DNA of 64,000 nucleotides from Nitrospirota bacterium (GCA_963721805.1 CAVRJY010000001.1:864001-928000); one strand, 5' to 3'; positions 17,842 to 28,292 are shown, numbered from the stretch's first letter. Translations and numbers: made by a program. The notes: generated from the letters alone by a model not told the origin.

Positions 17842-18542
17842 ATCATCCCGGAGACTAAGATGAGCATGAATGCGAGCGCGGCCTCGGTGCGGCGCATGTG
17901 TTTGTGCTGATACAGTGGCATCACGCCCTCATACCCTCGCTGACGGAGCGCCGCCGAGGTCTGCCCCGCGTGGTCGAAGACCGCGAGGACCAAAGCCCCC
18001 GCGAGCGTGCCGAAGCTCCTGATGCCGTTTGACATCTTCGCGTATCCGAGTCTGTTTTTCTGAGCGGTGTATATCACCACAGCCTCTTCGAATAGCACGA
18101 ATATGTACCTGTACGCGAACGTCAGTATTTCGATGAAATCCCGAGGCAGGCGCATCCAGCCTAGCGCGGCTATGACCTCGGTAAAAGTCGTTGTGAACCC
18201 TATCAGCGCCAGCACCGAGACAGCCCCCATCACGCGTGAGCCGATTATCATCCCTTCCCGGAGGCTGCCATGTTCGGTGAGGAATACCTTTACGGCGCAC
18301 AGCACCAGCACGATGAAAAGCGGCTCGGCGAACCGCAGGAGGATGGTGAAGGGCGCTACGCCTATCACGAGCGCCGTAAACACTGACACCGCGAACACCA
18401 GCGAGGGGAACGCGTAGCCTCTGCTCAGCAGCACGAGCGCGATGAGCGCGAGACCCGCTATCAGCTTAAGCCGCGCGTCGGCCCGGCCGAGCGCCCCGGC
18501 ACTTTTGGCCGGGGCGTCAGCTATGGGATGGAAGTGGCTCAC
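17820..18542 (-). CDS. cbiQ: Cobalt ECF transporter T component
   Basis: DARLKL, hydrophobic helices, YRYIFVL, AQKNRLGY, LRQRGY; start set at GTG 18542 overlapping the upstream stop. Confidence 0.88.
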   Translation of the reverse strand: MSHFHPIADAPAKSAGALGRADARLKLIAGLALIALVLLSRGYAFPSLVFAVSVFTALVIGVAPFTILLRFAEPLFIVLVLCAVKVFLTEHGSLREGMIIGSRVMGAVSVLALIGFTTTFTEVIAALGWMRLPRDFIEILTFAYRYIFVLFEEAVVIYTAQKNRLGYAKMSNGIRSFGTLAGALVLAVFDHAGQTSAALRQRGYEGVMPLYQHKHMRRTEAALAFMLILVSGMIWTVLRG

Positions 18543-18802
18543 TCGCGGCCCTTTGGTTTCTCTGTCAGCATGCGGTAAGAATAACCTCCTGCGAACCCCG
18601 CCGCCGCGCCGCCGAGCAGGAACACGAACAGGAGCATATCGCCCTGGTCGGTGTTGATAAGCGGCGCGTGGGCCTCGCGGCCGTGCTCTTTTGCGACCTT
18701 CTCGACCACGGCCTCGTCCACTCCGACCCATGCTGCATAGGCCGCGCTCCCGGCGAATGCCATGCAAGCAAGCAGCGCCATAGATATGACTATGCGTTTC
18801 AT
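18539..18802 (-). CDS. Small cobalt-transport accessory membrane protein (CbiN-like)
   Basis: Signal/TM helix, WVGVDEAVVEK loop, second TM (LLFVFLLGGAAAGFAGGY); lies between cbiM and cbiQ with ATGA overlap. Confidence 0.7.
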   Translation of the reverse strand: MKRIVISMALLACMAFAGSAAYAAWVGVDEAVVEKVAKEHGREAHAPLINTDQGDMLLFVFLLGGAAAGFAGGYSYRMLTEKPKGRE

Positions 18803-19560
18803 GCCGCCACCTCCGAGGGCTTGATTACCTTCATCTTCACGAGCAGGTCCGGCCGCCGCTTGTATAGCAGCACGACCATCCCGGCTGTCATCGCGCCTTC
18901 CAGGATCCCGAGCGGGAGCTGTGTCGGGATGAACGAGAGCATTATCTTCCACGCCAGAGGCCAAAACGCATCATCGCCCTTGATGCCGGAGGCGAGCTCC
19001 ATCGACGTGGCGATGTAGGTGCACCAGTCTGCGGCGACCCCGGCGACAAAGGCCGATGTGCCGAGCGAAAGCCGCGCCGAGCGCAGGAGCTTGAATGTTC
19101 CGTAAGCCGCGAACGAGCCTACGATGCCCATCGACATTATGTTCGCGCCCCAGGTGCTGATGCCTCCGTGCGCGAGAAACAGGGCCTGTATCAGGAGCGC
19201 GGCCGCCGCGACCACCACGCTTACGAATGGCCCGACCAATAGCGCCGAGATGCCGGTGCCGCATGGGTGCGAGCATGTCCCAGCCACAGGCACCGGGATC
19301 GGCATGCACGAGATGATGAACACGAGCGCGGCCATCAGGCCGAGCAGGGGCTTGAACGATACGTCCTCGCGGCTTTTAATTTTAACCTGGCGAAGCCCTA
19401 TCGCAACAAACGGCGCTGCGAGCACGAACCACAGCGCGGCCCAGTTTAAGGGCAGGATGCCCTCCGAGATATGCATCGCATAGGCATTGGCGGGAACCAG
19501 CGCTAGCAGAGCTAGCAGAGCTATCGCAGAGCGTTTATGGCGGCATATTGTAGTCTTCAT
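18799..19560 (-). CDS. cbiM: Cobalt ECF transporter S component
   Basis: Leader ending ANAYA followed by MHISEG; GTCSHPCG, QALFLAHGG, QLPLGILEG. Confidence 0.93.
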   Translation of the reverse strand: MKTTICRHKRSAIALLALLALVPANAYAMHISEGILPLNWAALWFVLAAPFVAIGLRQVKIKSREDVSFKPLLGLMAALVFIISCMPIPVPVAGTCSHPCGTGISALLVGPFVSVVVAAAALLIQALFLAHGGISTWGANIMSMGIVGSFAAYGTFKLLRSARLSLGTSAFVAGVAADWCTYIATSMELASGIKGDDAFWPLAWKIMLSFIPTQLPLGILEGAMTAGMVVLLYKRRPDLLVKMKVIKPSEVAA

Positions 19561-19576
19561 GTTGTTTGTTTCCCTC

Positions 19577-19834
19577 TTATACGGTTATAGGTTCCTGAAC
19601 GGACCCTTTATTATATATCTGTTCGCTGACGACCGCGAGGACATAGCCGTAGCCGTCCTTTGTATGCGGGATAGTACAGCCGGAGCAGTCCTTGATGCCT
19701 TTCTTTATCGTGAAATCGCCTCCGCACTCAAGCAGATAAAGCGGACACCAGCAAAACAGACATGACTTCCAGTCTGTAAGGTCATGGCATGGGTAAAAGC
19801 CGCAGTCCTGATGAACGAAAAACTTGTAGTTCAT
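19577..19834 (-). CDS. Cysteine-rich small-domain (zinc-finger-like) protein
   Basis: CGFYPCH, CLFCWCPLY, CGG, KDCSGCTIPH; GGAGG RBS; first gene after riboswitch. Confidence 0.8.
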   Translation of the reverse strand: MNYKFFVHQDCGFYPCHDLTDWKSCLFCWCPLYLLECGGDFTIKKGIKDCSGCTIPHTKDGYGYVLAVVSEQIYNKGSVQEPITV

Positions 19835-19873
19835 CTCATTGATCCCTCCCTCGGGAACGCGCTGATTGTTCGT

Positions 19874-20058
19874 GGATAGGTCTTCCGGCTTGGGGCATAA
19901 GTCTTCACCTACTCGCCCGCCTTCCCATCGCGGTCATCTCCGCGACAGTGGCTAATGGATGGGCTTTCGTTCCCTTTACGGCTGCGGGGCAGCGGGAGAA
20001 TCGCACTCCTCTTCCCTGGCTTCCTCTGACATTGCTGGCTTTTGTCCCCATCACCTCC
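19874..20058 (-). ncRNA. Cobalamin riboswitch (upstream of the Cys-rich gene-cbiMNQO-cbiD block)
   Basis: Minus strand shows AGGGAA, CTGCCCCGCAGCCGTAA, GCCACTG...GGGAAGG, AGCCGGAAGACCT (B12 box); ends approximate. Confidence 0.88.
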
Positions 20059-20084
20059 TTATTCGGCTGAGACGCATTATGTAT

Positions 20085-21038
20085 TTATACGGCAAGCTTT
20101 GCTATCGCGTTTACTATAGCCGCGGCCACGGGGCTTCCGCCCTTCCTGCCAAGGTTCGTGATGAACGGAAAATTCTGGGACGCCAGCAGGGCCTTGGATT
20201 CCACCGCACGCACGAACCCCACCGGCACCCCAACGACCAGCGCCGGACGGACACGGCCCGTATTTATTAACTCTATGCATTTCAGCAGGGCGGTGGGCGC
20301 GTTACCTATCGCGACGATCCCGATGCTGTCATCGAGCATCTCCTCCATAGCCGACTCGGCGCGCGTCATGCCTTCCTTTGCCTCCGCCTCCGAGATGCCG
20401 CAGAGCACCTTGCCCTTGATGATTTTTTTATTGATCCCCGCGCGGACCATCTCGACGTCCGTGAGTATGTTCTTACCGCTGCGGATCGCCTCTATCCCCG
20501 CACCCACCGCGTCCGGGTGAAACATCATGGTAGTCCTGAAATCGAAGTCCCCGGTGGCGTGTATGACGCGGCGCACTACGGGGCGGTGGAGTTCCGGCAG
20601 GCCGTCGAGCGAGAGTTCGTCCTCTATAGTGCGCATGCTCGCGGCCTCGATCTCGTGCGGGGCGAGTCCGCATGCCGACTCGATGCGGTCGCGGACGACC
20701 TGCACGAGCTTCTCCGAGATGCCCAGCGGCTCTGTGTAGTGGAACTCGACGTCCGGATGAGCATTCCGGGCATCGTCTATGATCGCGGGGATGTCCTTTG
20801 TCACGTGCATGCCAGAGGCCAGGAAGTAGGGGTGCACGATCACGCGCGTCGCGCCCTCGCGCACTGCCTCTTCGAGCACCCCCGGAAGCTCCGGGCTCTG
20901 GAACTGCAAGTACGCGGTGCTGACGCAGGCGTTCTCACAGCCGGGGTGCAGCAGGCCGTGGAGCATGACGCCCACGAGGTCCATCTGGTTTGCGTCCTTC
21001 TTCGGGCTCCCGTGGCCGACCAGTATTATTTTTTCCAT
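20085..21038 (-). CDS. cbiX-cbiC: Fused sirohydrochlorin cobaltochelatase CbiX / precorrin-8X methylmutase CbiC
   Basis: IILVGHGS, AYLQFQSP, PYFLASGMHVTKDIP (CbiX); IEAASM, RVIHATGD, IGNAPTAL, GVPVGFV, GRKGGSPVAAA (CbiC); start set at ATG 21038. Confidence 0.9.
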   Translation of the reverse strand: MEKIILVGHGSPKKDANQMDLVGVMLHGLLHPGCENACVSTAYLQFQSPELPGVLEEAVREGATRVIVHPYFLASGMHVTKDIPAIIDDARNAHPDVEFHYTEPLGISEKLVQVVRDRIESACGLAPHEIEAASMRTIEDELSLDGLPELHRPVVRRVIHATGDFDFRTTMMFHPDAVGAGIEAIRSGKNILTDVEMVRAGINKKIIKGKVLCGISEAEAKEGMTRAESAMEEMLDDSIGIVAIGNAPTALLKCIELINTGRVRPALVVGVPVGFVRAVESKALLASQNFPFITNLGRKGGSPVAAAIVNAIAKLAV

Positions 21039-22351
21039 GTAGATTCCTTTCGAATAAAATCCACGAACCAGCGCGCGGCCTCGGGCCGTGAGCCGAGATG
21101 CACGTGCGTATAGCTCGCGAGGCATCGGTTCAGCGAGGCCGACGATACACGAGTGCCAGCCCCCTCGCCCAGAACATTATATTTTACCCCATCGGCAGCG
21201 GCCGGGTCCGTTATCTCGCTGTAATGAAACTCATGCCCGCGCAGGACCGTGCCCTCCGGCCCCAATATACAGTCCGAGAGAAGACGGACCTCGCGGTATC
21301 CGAGCGCCGCGCGTTTGTTGAGCATGCGGGTTTCGAACGGGAATACCTCGGCCATCTCAAACGTCCCGTCATCGCTCTGAATCGCCCGGCCAAGGTACAT
21401 CAGCCCCCCGCACTCGGCGTAGAGCGGCCGGCCTTCACTCACCCATGCCCGGACGCTCGCGAGCATCGCGCGGTTGCCCGAGAGCGCGGCAGCGTGGAGT
21501 TCGGGATATCCGCCCCCGATAGATACCGCATCGAGATCAGCGGGAAGGGCGGCATCATTAAGCGGGCTGAAGGGGACGATCTCCGCTCCGGCTTGGCGCA
21601 GCATTTCTAAGTTATCATCGTAATAAAAACAGAACGCGCGGTCCCGAGCCACGGCGATGCGCACGGTGGGCGTTTCGTTTACTGGCGCGGCTATCGCATC
21701 AGGTGGGATGGAGAGTTCCTTGATGCGATTCATGTCGATGTTCTTGATTATGGCGTCCGCCAGCACATCGAGCGAGGCCGCGCTGATCGGGGAGTCCTCG
21801 GCCACGTGCAGCCCCAGGTGGCGCTCGGGGATGCTAAACTGCACGTCTCTCGGAAGATACCCGAGCACCTCGACATCGGCTACCGAGGCGCGGAGCCTTG
21901 CGTAGTGCGCCTCTGACGCGACACGGTTGAAGATCACGCCAGAGAGAGTAGCGCCCGATGCATTAAAGCCGTGCACTATCGCACCGGCGCTCTCGGCCAT
22001 CCCATATGCGTCGACCACTAGCACGACGTTAGCGCCTATCGCCGAGGCGAGAGCGGCGGTGCTCCGATCCGCCCCGTCATAGAGTCCCATAACGCCCTCG
22101 ATCACGACCGCATCCGCGCCTTTGGAGTGCATCGCAAATGATGAACGCACATAGTCCGCGCCGCAGATCCAGAGGTCGAGGTTGCGTGAGACGCGCCCGG
22201 CGATCATGGTGTGCAGGCCCGGGTCTATGAAGTCCGGCCCGGCCTTGAAGGGCTGCACGCTATGGCCGAGCCTCCGAAGCGCGACGAGCAGCCCGAGCGT
22301 GACCGTGCTCTTTCCGCAGCCGCTGTGCGTGCCCGCGATCAGGAGCGGCAT
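21026..22351 (-). CDS. cbiA: Cobyrinate a,c-diamide synthase
   Basis: GTHSGCGKS, FKAGPDFIDP, EGVMGLYDG, IPERHLGL, AFCFYY, AECGGLM, GHEFHYS. Confidence 0.95.
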   Translation of the reverse strand: MPLLIAGTHSGCGKSTVTLGLLVALRRLGHSVQPFKAGPDFIDPGLHTMIAGRVSRNLDLWICGADYVRSSFAMHSKGADAVVIEGVMGLYDGADRSTAALASAIGANVVLVVDAYGMAESAGAIVHGFNASGATLSGVIFNRVASEAHYARLRASVADVEVLGYLPRDVQFSIPERHLGLHVAEDSPISAASLDVLADAIIKNIDMNRIKELSIPPDAIAAPVNETPTVRIAVARDRAFCFYYDDNLEMLRQAGAEIVPFSPLNDAALPADLDAVSIGGGYPELHAAALSGNRAMLASVRAWVSEGRPLYAECGGLMYLGRAIQSDDGTFEMAEVFPFETRMLNKRAALGYREVRLLSDCILGPEGTVLRGHEFHYSEITDPAAADGVKYNVLGEGAGTRVSSASLNRCLASYTHVHLGSRPEAARWFVDFIRKESTWKK

Positions 22352-23403
22352 TCGTAGCCCTCCTCGCCGGATGTGGCATCGCCGAGCCCTGCGATCAGGA
22401 GCGCGTTTTCTCTCCTCGTGCGCACCGCCACCCGTATATGCCGCCTGTCCAGTCCGCGGAAGTCCGAGCAGTCGCGCACGATGATCCCGCGCGCGGCGAT
22501 TTCGGTTGTCACGCGTTTTGCATCAGCTATTTCAAGGAGATAGTAGTTCACGTCCGACGGATAGTGCCTGATCGATAGCCGCCTGAACTCGCTTTCGAGG
22601 TATGCCTTCTCTGTGCCTATAAGGCGGCGTGTGCGTTCTATATAGTTGGTGTCAGCGAGCGATGCCGCAGCCGCCATCTGGGCCGGGGTGTTGATGCTCC
22701 ACGGTTCCTTTAGCAGCCGGAGCTTTCTAATCATGCGCTGCGGGAAGACGCCGAACCCGGCCCTGAGCCCGGCAAGCGCGTAGAACTTCGTTAGCGAGCG
22801 AATCACCGCAAGATAGGGGCTCTCTATGTCGAGCACCGAGCCAGAGGGGCAGAAGTCCATGAACGCCTCATCGACCACGAGCATGCACCTTGCGGCCTCG
22901 GCCGCCTTGACTATGCGCAAGACCTCCTCGCGTTCTATAAGCGTGCCGGTCGGGTTTCCGGGGTTGCACAGAAACGCCATATCCGTCCCGGACATTGCCT
23001 TTATGAACGCATCGGGCCTGGGCACGTAGCCGTCCCGGCGATGCGCGGTGACCTGCTTGAGCCTCGCGCCGGCCGCTGCCGCTGCATGAGCGTATTCCGA
23101 AAACGTCGGCCCCGCGATCAGGACGGTCTTCGGGGCCAGGGCGCGCACGCTAAGGAATATGAGTTCGGTGCTCCCGTTGCCGCAGAGCAGGCGCGATGGG
23201 TCAATATTATAACGGCTGGATATCGCCCGTGTCATTTCATATGAGTCGGGGTCGGGGTAATGCGCGCATAGCTCCAGCGCCCGCCTCATCGCGGAACGCG
23301 CCTTGGGCGACGGCCCGAGCGGGTTGATCGAGGCGCTCAGGTCGATGATCTCGCCGTCCCCGCGTTCGCGCGCGGCCTTGTGGATGTTGCCGCCGTGGCT
23401 CAC
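22339..23403 (-). CDS. cobD: L-threonine-O-3-phosphate decarboxylase
   Basis: HGGN, DLSASINPLG, YPDP, GNGSTE, CNPGNPTG, DEAFMDF, RSLTKFYALAGLRAG; cob-operon context. Confidence 0.9.
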   Translation of the reverse strand: MSHGGNIHKAARERGDGEIIDLSASINPLGPSPKARSAMRRALELCAHYPDPDSYEMTRAISSRYNIDPSRLLCGNGSTELIFLSVRALAPKTVLIAGPTFSEYAHAAAAAGARLKQVTAHRRDGYVPRPDAFIKAMSGTDMAFLCNPGNPTGTLIEREEVLRIVKAAEAARCMLVVDEAFMDFCPSGSVLDIESPYLAVIRSLTKFYALAGLRAGFGVFPQRMIRKLRLLKEPWSINTPAQMAAAASLADTNYIERTRRLIGTEKAYLESEFRRLSIRHYPSDVNYYLLEIADAKRVTTEIAARGIIVRDCSDFRGLDRRHIRVAVRTRRENALLIAGLGDATSGEEGYECRS

Positions 23404-24344
23404 AGGAGAAGCCTTAACTGGAGCGCGGTCGCCGCGAGCGCGAGGCCGCCGAGCGCCGTGACCGTCGTGATCGCCATCGCCCTGCAGCGCGTCTCCTTAT
23501 AATGCAGGCCGCCGCCCTCGCCGATGCGGGGCTTCTCGACGAGCACGCCGCCATACACGGACGGCCCGCCTAGCACCACTCCCAACGCCCCGGCCATCGC
23601 GGCCTCAGGGATGCCGCTGTTCGGGCTTGAGTGTTTTCCTCCGTCACGGAGCATCGTCATGAGCGCGTCCGTAGCATGCGCGGCGCGCACGAACGAGGCT
23701 GCAACGACCATCAGCGCGCCCGTGAGCCTCGCTGGTATGAAGTTCGCGATATCGTCGATCCGCGCCGGGGCCCAGCCGAACTTAATGTAACGGTCGTTTT
23801 TGTACCCGACCATCGAGTCGAGCGTGTTTACGGCCTTATACGCCATCGCGAGCGGGACGCCGCCGATCGCGAGGTAAAAAAGCGGCGCGATTATGCCGTC
23901 CGAGGTGTTCTCGGCGAGCGTCTCTATCGCGGCGCGGTGGATGCCCTCCTCGTCGAGCGATGCGGTGTCGCGCCCGACGATCCGCGATAGCCTCCGGCGC
24001 GCCAGCTCGATATCCTTGCTTTTGAACACGCCGCCCACCGCCATCACGAGCCCCCTAAGCGCGAGCGTCGTCGAGGCGAGGTATGCGATGATTATCGTAG
24101 CCGTGATCCCGCCTATGCGTAGGCGGATGAACTCAACGGCGTAATATGTTAAAAAGTATGTTGCGCCGACCATCGTGACCGCGAGCAATACCCCGCCGAT
24201 GCGCGCGGGCATTAGCTTGCGCAAGATCGCCTCGCCCCACTCGATAGCCTTGCCGATGATGCGCACCGGGTGGGGCAGCCAGCGGGGGTCTCCGATCAGG
24301 ACGTCGAACCCGAAGGCGATCAATAGCTCAAGCGGGGTAATCAC
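23400..24344 (-). CDS. cbiB: Adenosylcobinamide-phosphate synthase
   Basis: GDPRWLPHPV, IVGRDT, ETLAENTSDG, YKAVNTLDSMVGY, SPNSGIPEAA; start set at GTG 24344. Confidence 0.93.
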   Translation of the reverse strand: MITPLELLIAFGFDVLIGDPRWLPHPVRIIGKAIEWGEAILRKLMPARIGGVLLAVTMVGATYFLTYYAVEFIRLRIGGITATIIIAYLASTTLALRGLVMAVGGVFKSKDIELARRRLSRIVGRDTASLDEEGIHRAAIETLAENTSDGIIAPLFYLAIGGVPLAMAYKAVNTLDSMVGYKNDRYIKFGWAPARIDDIANFIPARLTGALMVVAASFVRAAHATDALMTMLRDGGKHSSPNSGIPEAAMAGALGVVLGGPSVYGGVLVEKPRIGEGGGLHYKETRCRAMAITTVTALGGLALAATALQLRLLL

Positions 24345-25813
24345 GAGACCAGCCCCTTTATGAAATCGATATCGAGGTTGGCGCGAAGGTGCCCGGCCCA
24401 TGCGTCTATGGCGCGGTCGCGGAGCGCCCGGAAATTTACCGGCTCATCAGGCACGTTGAGGCTCTTCCTGCGCCTGATCGTATTTAGCACTGCAGAGCGC
24501 AGGGCGTCGTTGTCGAATATCCCGTGCAGGTATGTGCCCCATACAGAGCCTTTAGTAGAGCCGTCCGGCAGGTCGCCCACCTCGCGGTTTAGAATGAACG
24601 CGCCGGTATCTCCGGTCGTAGTGCCCATATGGATTTCGTACCCTACGATCCCGGTGCAGCCCCCGAATAGCGCTGTTGTTGCGTTGGCCTGTGTGACGAC
24701 CTTGCTGCCCTCCAGGACCGTGTCTACATCCAGAAGCCCGATGCCCCGCTCGACGCCCGGCGCGCCTTCGACACCGAGCGGGTCGCTTATCGTGCGTCCG
24801 AGCATCTGGTATCCTCCGCAGAGCCCGGCTATTGGAACGCCCTTTGCGGCAGCACGTTTTATGGCGTCTTCGATGCCGCGCGAGCGGATGAGCAGCAAGT
24901 CCTTGATCGTGTTCTTGGTGCCCGGAAGTATTATGAGGTCAGCGCCCTCTATATGCTCGGCGGTATCCGTGAATATGAGTTCGACGTCCGGCTCGTACGC
25001 AAACGGGAGCAGGTCTGTGAAGTTCGATATGAAGTCAGTGCGCACGACCACGACCCGAAGCCCGCCGCGCTGGCCTGATATCTTGCTGCCCGGCAGCGAC
25101 ATGCCGTCTTCGTCCTCGAGCCCGATCTCGCGCACGTATGGCAGCACGCCGAGTGTCGGTATGCCCGTGCGCTTAAAGAGCATCTCCATGCCTGGGTTTA
25201 GGATGTCGCGGTCGCCTCGGAACTTGTTTATGATGAATCCCTTGATAAGCCGTGCGTCATCGCCCGTGAGTGCGACCGTGCCGTATAGCGAGGCGAAAAC
25301 TCCCCCCCGGTCTATGTCGCCGACGAGCAGGACCGGGCACGCGAGGCGGCGCGCCACGCGCATATTCACGATCTCGACGTCCGCAAGATTGATCTCGGCC
25401 GGGCTCCCCGCGCCCTCGATCACGATCAGTTCGTATGCCGCGCTCAGACGTTCAAGCGATTGCTCCACCGCGCGCCATGCCTCGTCACGGTATGAGTAAT
25501 ATTTCTTCGCGGTCATGTTGCCTACCGCGCGGCCGTGCACTATCACCTGCGATGCGCTCTCGCCGGTGGCCTTAAGCAACACCGGGTTCATATCTGATGT
25601 GGGCAGCACGCGCGCGGCCTCGGCCTGCAATGCCTGTGCGCGGCCTATCTCGGCCCCCTCTAGCGTGGCGAACGAGTTGAGCGCCATGTTTTGTGACTTA
25701 AACGGCGCTACCTTGATCCCCATGTCCGAAAATATCCTGCACAGCCCCGCGACGAGCATGGTCTTTCCGGCACCGGAGCAGGTGCCTTGCATCATCAGCG
25801 CCTTCACCTGCAT
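24341..25813 (-). CDS. cobQ: Cobyric acid synthase
   Basis: QGTCSGAGKT, PFKSQNMALN, MNPVLLK, EGAGSPAEIN, GDIDRGG, GLCGGYQMLG, GTYLHG. Confidence 0.95.
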   Translation of the reverse strand: MQVKALMMQGTCSGAGKTMLVAGLCRIFSDMGIKVAPFKSQNMALNSFATLEGAEIGRAQALQAEAARVLPTSDMNPVLLKATGESASQVIVHGRAVGNMTAKKYYSYRDEAWRAVEQSLERLSAAYELIVIEGAGSPAEINLADVEIVNMRVARRLACPVLLVGDIDRGGVFASLYGTVALTGDDARLIKGFIINKFRGDRDILNPGMEMLFKRTGIPTLGVLPYVREIGLEDEDGMSLPGSKISGQRGGLRVVVVRTDFISNFTDLLPFAYEPDVELIFTDTAEHIEGADLIILPGTKNTIKDLLLIRSRGIEDAIKRAAAKGVPIAGLCGGYQMLGRTISDPLGVEGAPGVERGIGLLDVDTVLEGSKVVTQANATTALFGGCTGIVGYEIHMGTTTGDTGAFILNREVGDLPDGSTKGSVWGTYLHGIFDNDALRSAVLNTIRRRKSLNVPDEPVNFRALRDRAIDAWAGHLRANLDIDFIKGLVS

Positions 25814-26421
25814 GGCCCCCCGTTTAGGAGCTTTATGACCGCCACGCCGTCGTCGTGTATCTCGATCACGTTTACGCATGAATACTGCTGCTCGATGCGG
25901 AAGATGTTATTCAATGACAGCCCCATGTAGTGGCAAAGCGTTGTGCGGTTTACGCCTCCGTGCGCGACGATTATAAACGTCTCGTCCTTGTGGCGCGCCG
26001 CGAGCCCCTGAACAATAGGCAGCACGCGGTCGCTCACCTGCTGGGTGCTCTCGCCCCCTATCGGGCTGAAGTGCAGCGGGTTCGTGGCCCAGGCCTTGAA
26101 GTCGTTGGGGTAGGCGGCGTCGATCTCGTCGAAGCTCATCCCCTCCCACTTGCCGAAATTTCGCTCGCGCAGGCCGGGCTCGATCTCTAATTCAAGGCCA
26201 TATAATGCGGCTATCGGCCGGGCGCTTTCTATCGCGCGGCCGAGCTTGGAACTATAGATAGCGCGCACGCCCTCGGGGAGGCATTCCCTGACATAGCGCG
26301 CGGTGATGCGAGCGGCTTCGAGGCCCTCGGCCGAGAGCGGGACGTCAATGGTGCCCTTATACCGCCGGTCCTCGTTGCCCTCGGTCGCGCCGTGCCTTAT
26401 CAGATATATAGTCGTTGCCAT
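25804..26421 (-). CDS. cobC: Alpha-ribazole phosphatase (histidine phosphatase family)
   Basis: LIRHG, LRERNFGKWEG, GGES, VAHGG; lies between cobS and cobQ. Confidence 0.85.
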   Translation of the reverse strand: MATTIYLIRHGATEGNEDRRYKGTIDVPLSAEGLEAARITARYVRECLPEGVRAIYSSKLGRAIESARPIAALYGLELEIEPGLRERNFGKWEGMSFDEIDAAYPNDFKAWATNPLHFSPIGGESTQQVSDRVLPIVQGLAARHKDETFIIVAHGGVNRTTLCHYMGLSLNNIFRIEQQYSCVNVIEIHDDGVAVIKLLNGGPCR

Positions 26422-27191
26422 GCCAGTACCGTCATAAGAAATATCAGCTCCGAAAGCTCGGCCGTCGCCCCGAGGGTGTCCCCGGTATGCCCGCCGAACG
26501 AAGTACGGCAGAATTTTGTTGCGATGCGCACGAATCCGTATGTCGCCAATAAGGCCACAATAAGCCCGATATGCCAAGCGACGGTTTGCAGGTCCGCCAG
26601 CATCAGCGAGGGCACCGCGAGCGATACGAGCGCGATGACGGTGGCCTCGGCCATATACCGGCCCCGCATGCCCTCTATAAACGCATGGCCCAGCCCCTCG
26701 GGCCTCGCGGACGTCCCGTGGTACATCGATGCGACCATGGCCCAGCGCGAGGCAACGAGCATGAGTGTCAGCGCCCCCAGATATGCGGCCCACGAGGCCG
26801 ATGCGAGCTCGACCAGTACCAGGTACTTGACGCCCAAGTCAAATACTATCGCTACCACGCCCATCGGCCCTACGGAGCTGTCCTTCATGCTCCGGAGCTT
26901 GCGCTCCCTGTCCCCGCGCGTTGCTATCGCGTCGAAGGTGTCCGCGAGCCCGTCGAGGTGCAGCCCGCCGTTTGAGGCCGCGAGCACGAGCATCACGAGC
27001 GCGGTCGTAAGCGCCGGGCCGAACACGTGCGAAAGCGCCGCGGCGCACCCGGCCGCGACGAACCCGAGCAGGAGCCCAACGAGCGGGAACGCGCCGCTTA
27101 AGGAGGACATGTTCGCCCCGCCCCAGTCGGTGCGCACCGGAAGCGGCACGATCGTCAGAAACTGCATGGCCATGATGAGACGCTTAAGCAT
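26400..27191 (-). CDS. cobS: Adenosylcobinamide-GDP ribazoletransferase
   Basis: FLTIVP, FPLVG, GGLHLDGLADTFD, MKDSSVG, GGHTGDTLGA. Confidence 0.93.
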   Translation of the reverse strand: MLKRLIMAMQFLTIVPLPVRTDWGGANMSSLSGAFPLVGLLLGFVAAGCAAALSHVFGPALTTALVMLVLAASNGGLHLDGLADTFDAIATRGDRERKLRSMKDSSVGPMGVVAIVFDLGVKYLVLVELASASWAAYLGALTLMLVASRWAMVASMYHGTSARPEGLGHAFIEGMRGRYMAEATVIALVSLAVPSLMLADLQTVAWHIGLIVALLATYGFVRIATKFCRTSFGGHTGDTLGATAELSELIFLMTVLAWQRLYI

Positions 27192-28273
27192 TAGGATTGC
27201 TTGTCGCTGACCCCGGCGCTCTCAAACGTGGCCATCTCCTTATATATCTTCAAGCCGCCCTCGATCAGCATCATCGCGAGCGCCGCGCCTGTGCCCTCGC
27301 CGAGCCTGAGGTCCAGATCGAGTATCGGCCTGAGTTTCATCTCGCGCAGCATCACTATATGGCCGCGCTCAACCGACTGGTGCGCAGCGAACAGGTAGCC
27401 GCGCACTTGTGGCACGAGCCTCGTGGCCACCAGCGCCCCGGCGGTCGAGATGAAGCCGTCGATCACGACCGGCACGCGGTTTAGGGCCGCGCCGATGCAG
27501 AGCCCCGCTATTCCCGCTATCTCGGCCCCGCCGAGCTTCGCGAGCACGTCGAGCGCGTCATTGGGGTCTGGCTTGTTGACCGCTATCGACTCCTCTATCA
27601 CCGCGATCTTGCGGCGCAGGGAATCGTCCGTGATGCCCGTGCCGCGGCCCGTAACCTCAGCGACCGGGTATCCTGTGAGCACCGCCGCTATGGCGCTTGA
27701 GGGCGTGGTGTTGCCGATGCCCATCTCCCCGGTGCCCATGATCTTGTAGCCAAGCGCCGCGTACTCGGTCGCGAGCGTCGCGCCTACCTCGATACACTGA
27801 AGCGCCTCCTCGTGCGTCATCGCCGCGCCCGTGTGCATGTTGCGGGTGCCGCGCACTATCTTTCTTGAGATCAGGCCTTCAATGTTGCCGAAGTCGTAGT
27901 CCACGCCGATGTCCACCACCGCGACCTCGGCCCCGGCGTGGCGCGCAAGCACGTTTATGCCAGCGCCGCCCCGGAGGAAGTTCAGGACCATCTGGGGGGT
28001 GACTTCCTTGGGGAAGGCCGAGACGCCGTCGCTGGCGACGCCATGGTCGCCGGCGAAGGTGAAGATGATCTTCTTATCGAGCGTAGGCATCAGGTTGTCG
28101 GTCATCGCGACGAGCGAGCGCGCGAACTCCTCGAGCCTGCCCAGGCTGCCCTGCGGCTTGGTGAGGTTGTCGAGTCTCCTCTGGGCCTCGATCAGGAGGC
28201 TGTCCCCCACCGGCTCGACCTGCTTGTTGGCCAGCCCTATCAGGCAGGCCGGGGCGCATTGAAACTTCTTCAT
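27191..28273 (-). CDS. cobT: Nicotinate-nucleotide--dimethylbenzimidazole phosphoribosyltransferase
   Basis: [46 protein letters not shown]. Confidence 0.95.
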   Translation of the reverse strand: MKKFQCAPACLIGLANKQVEPVGDSLLIEAQRRLDNLTKPQGSLGRLEEFARSLVAMTDNLMPTLDKKIIFTFAGDHGVASDGVSAFPKEVTPQMVLNFLRGGAGINVLARHAGAEVAVVDIGVDYDFGNIEGLISRKIVRGTRNMHTGAAMTHEEALQCIEVGATLATEYAALGYKIMGTGEMGIGNTTPSSAIAAVLTGYPVAEVTGRGTGITDDSLRRKIAVIEESIAVNKPDPNDALDVLAKLGGAEIAGIAGLCIGAALNRVPVVIDGFISTAGALVATRLVPQVRGYLFAAHQSVERGHIVMLREMKLRPILDLDLRLGEGTGAALAMMLIEGGLKIYKEMATFESAGVSDKQS

Positions 28274-28292
28274 CCGTGCATCCTCCTTATGG

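Noticed and set aside
22339..23403. Second hisC copy
   Set aside because: The HGGN start, SASINPLG motif and position between cbiB and cbiA fit CobD better.
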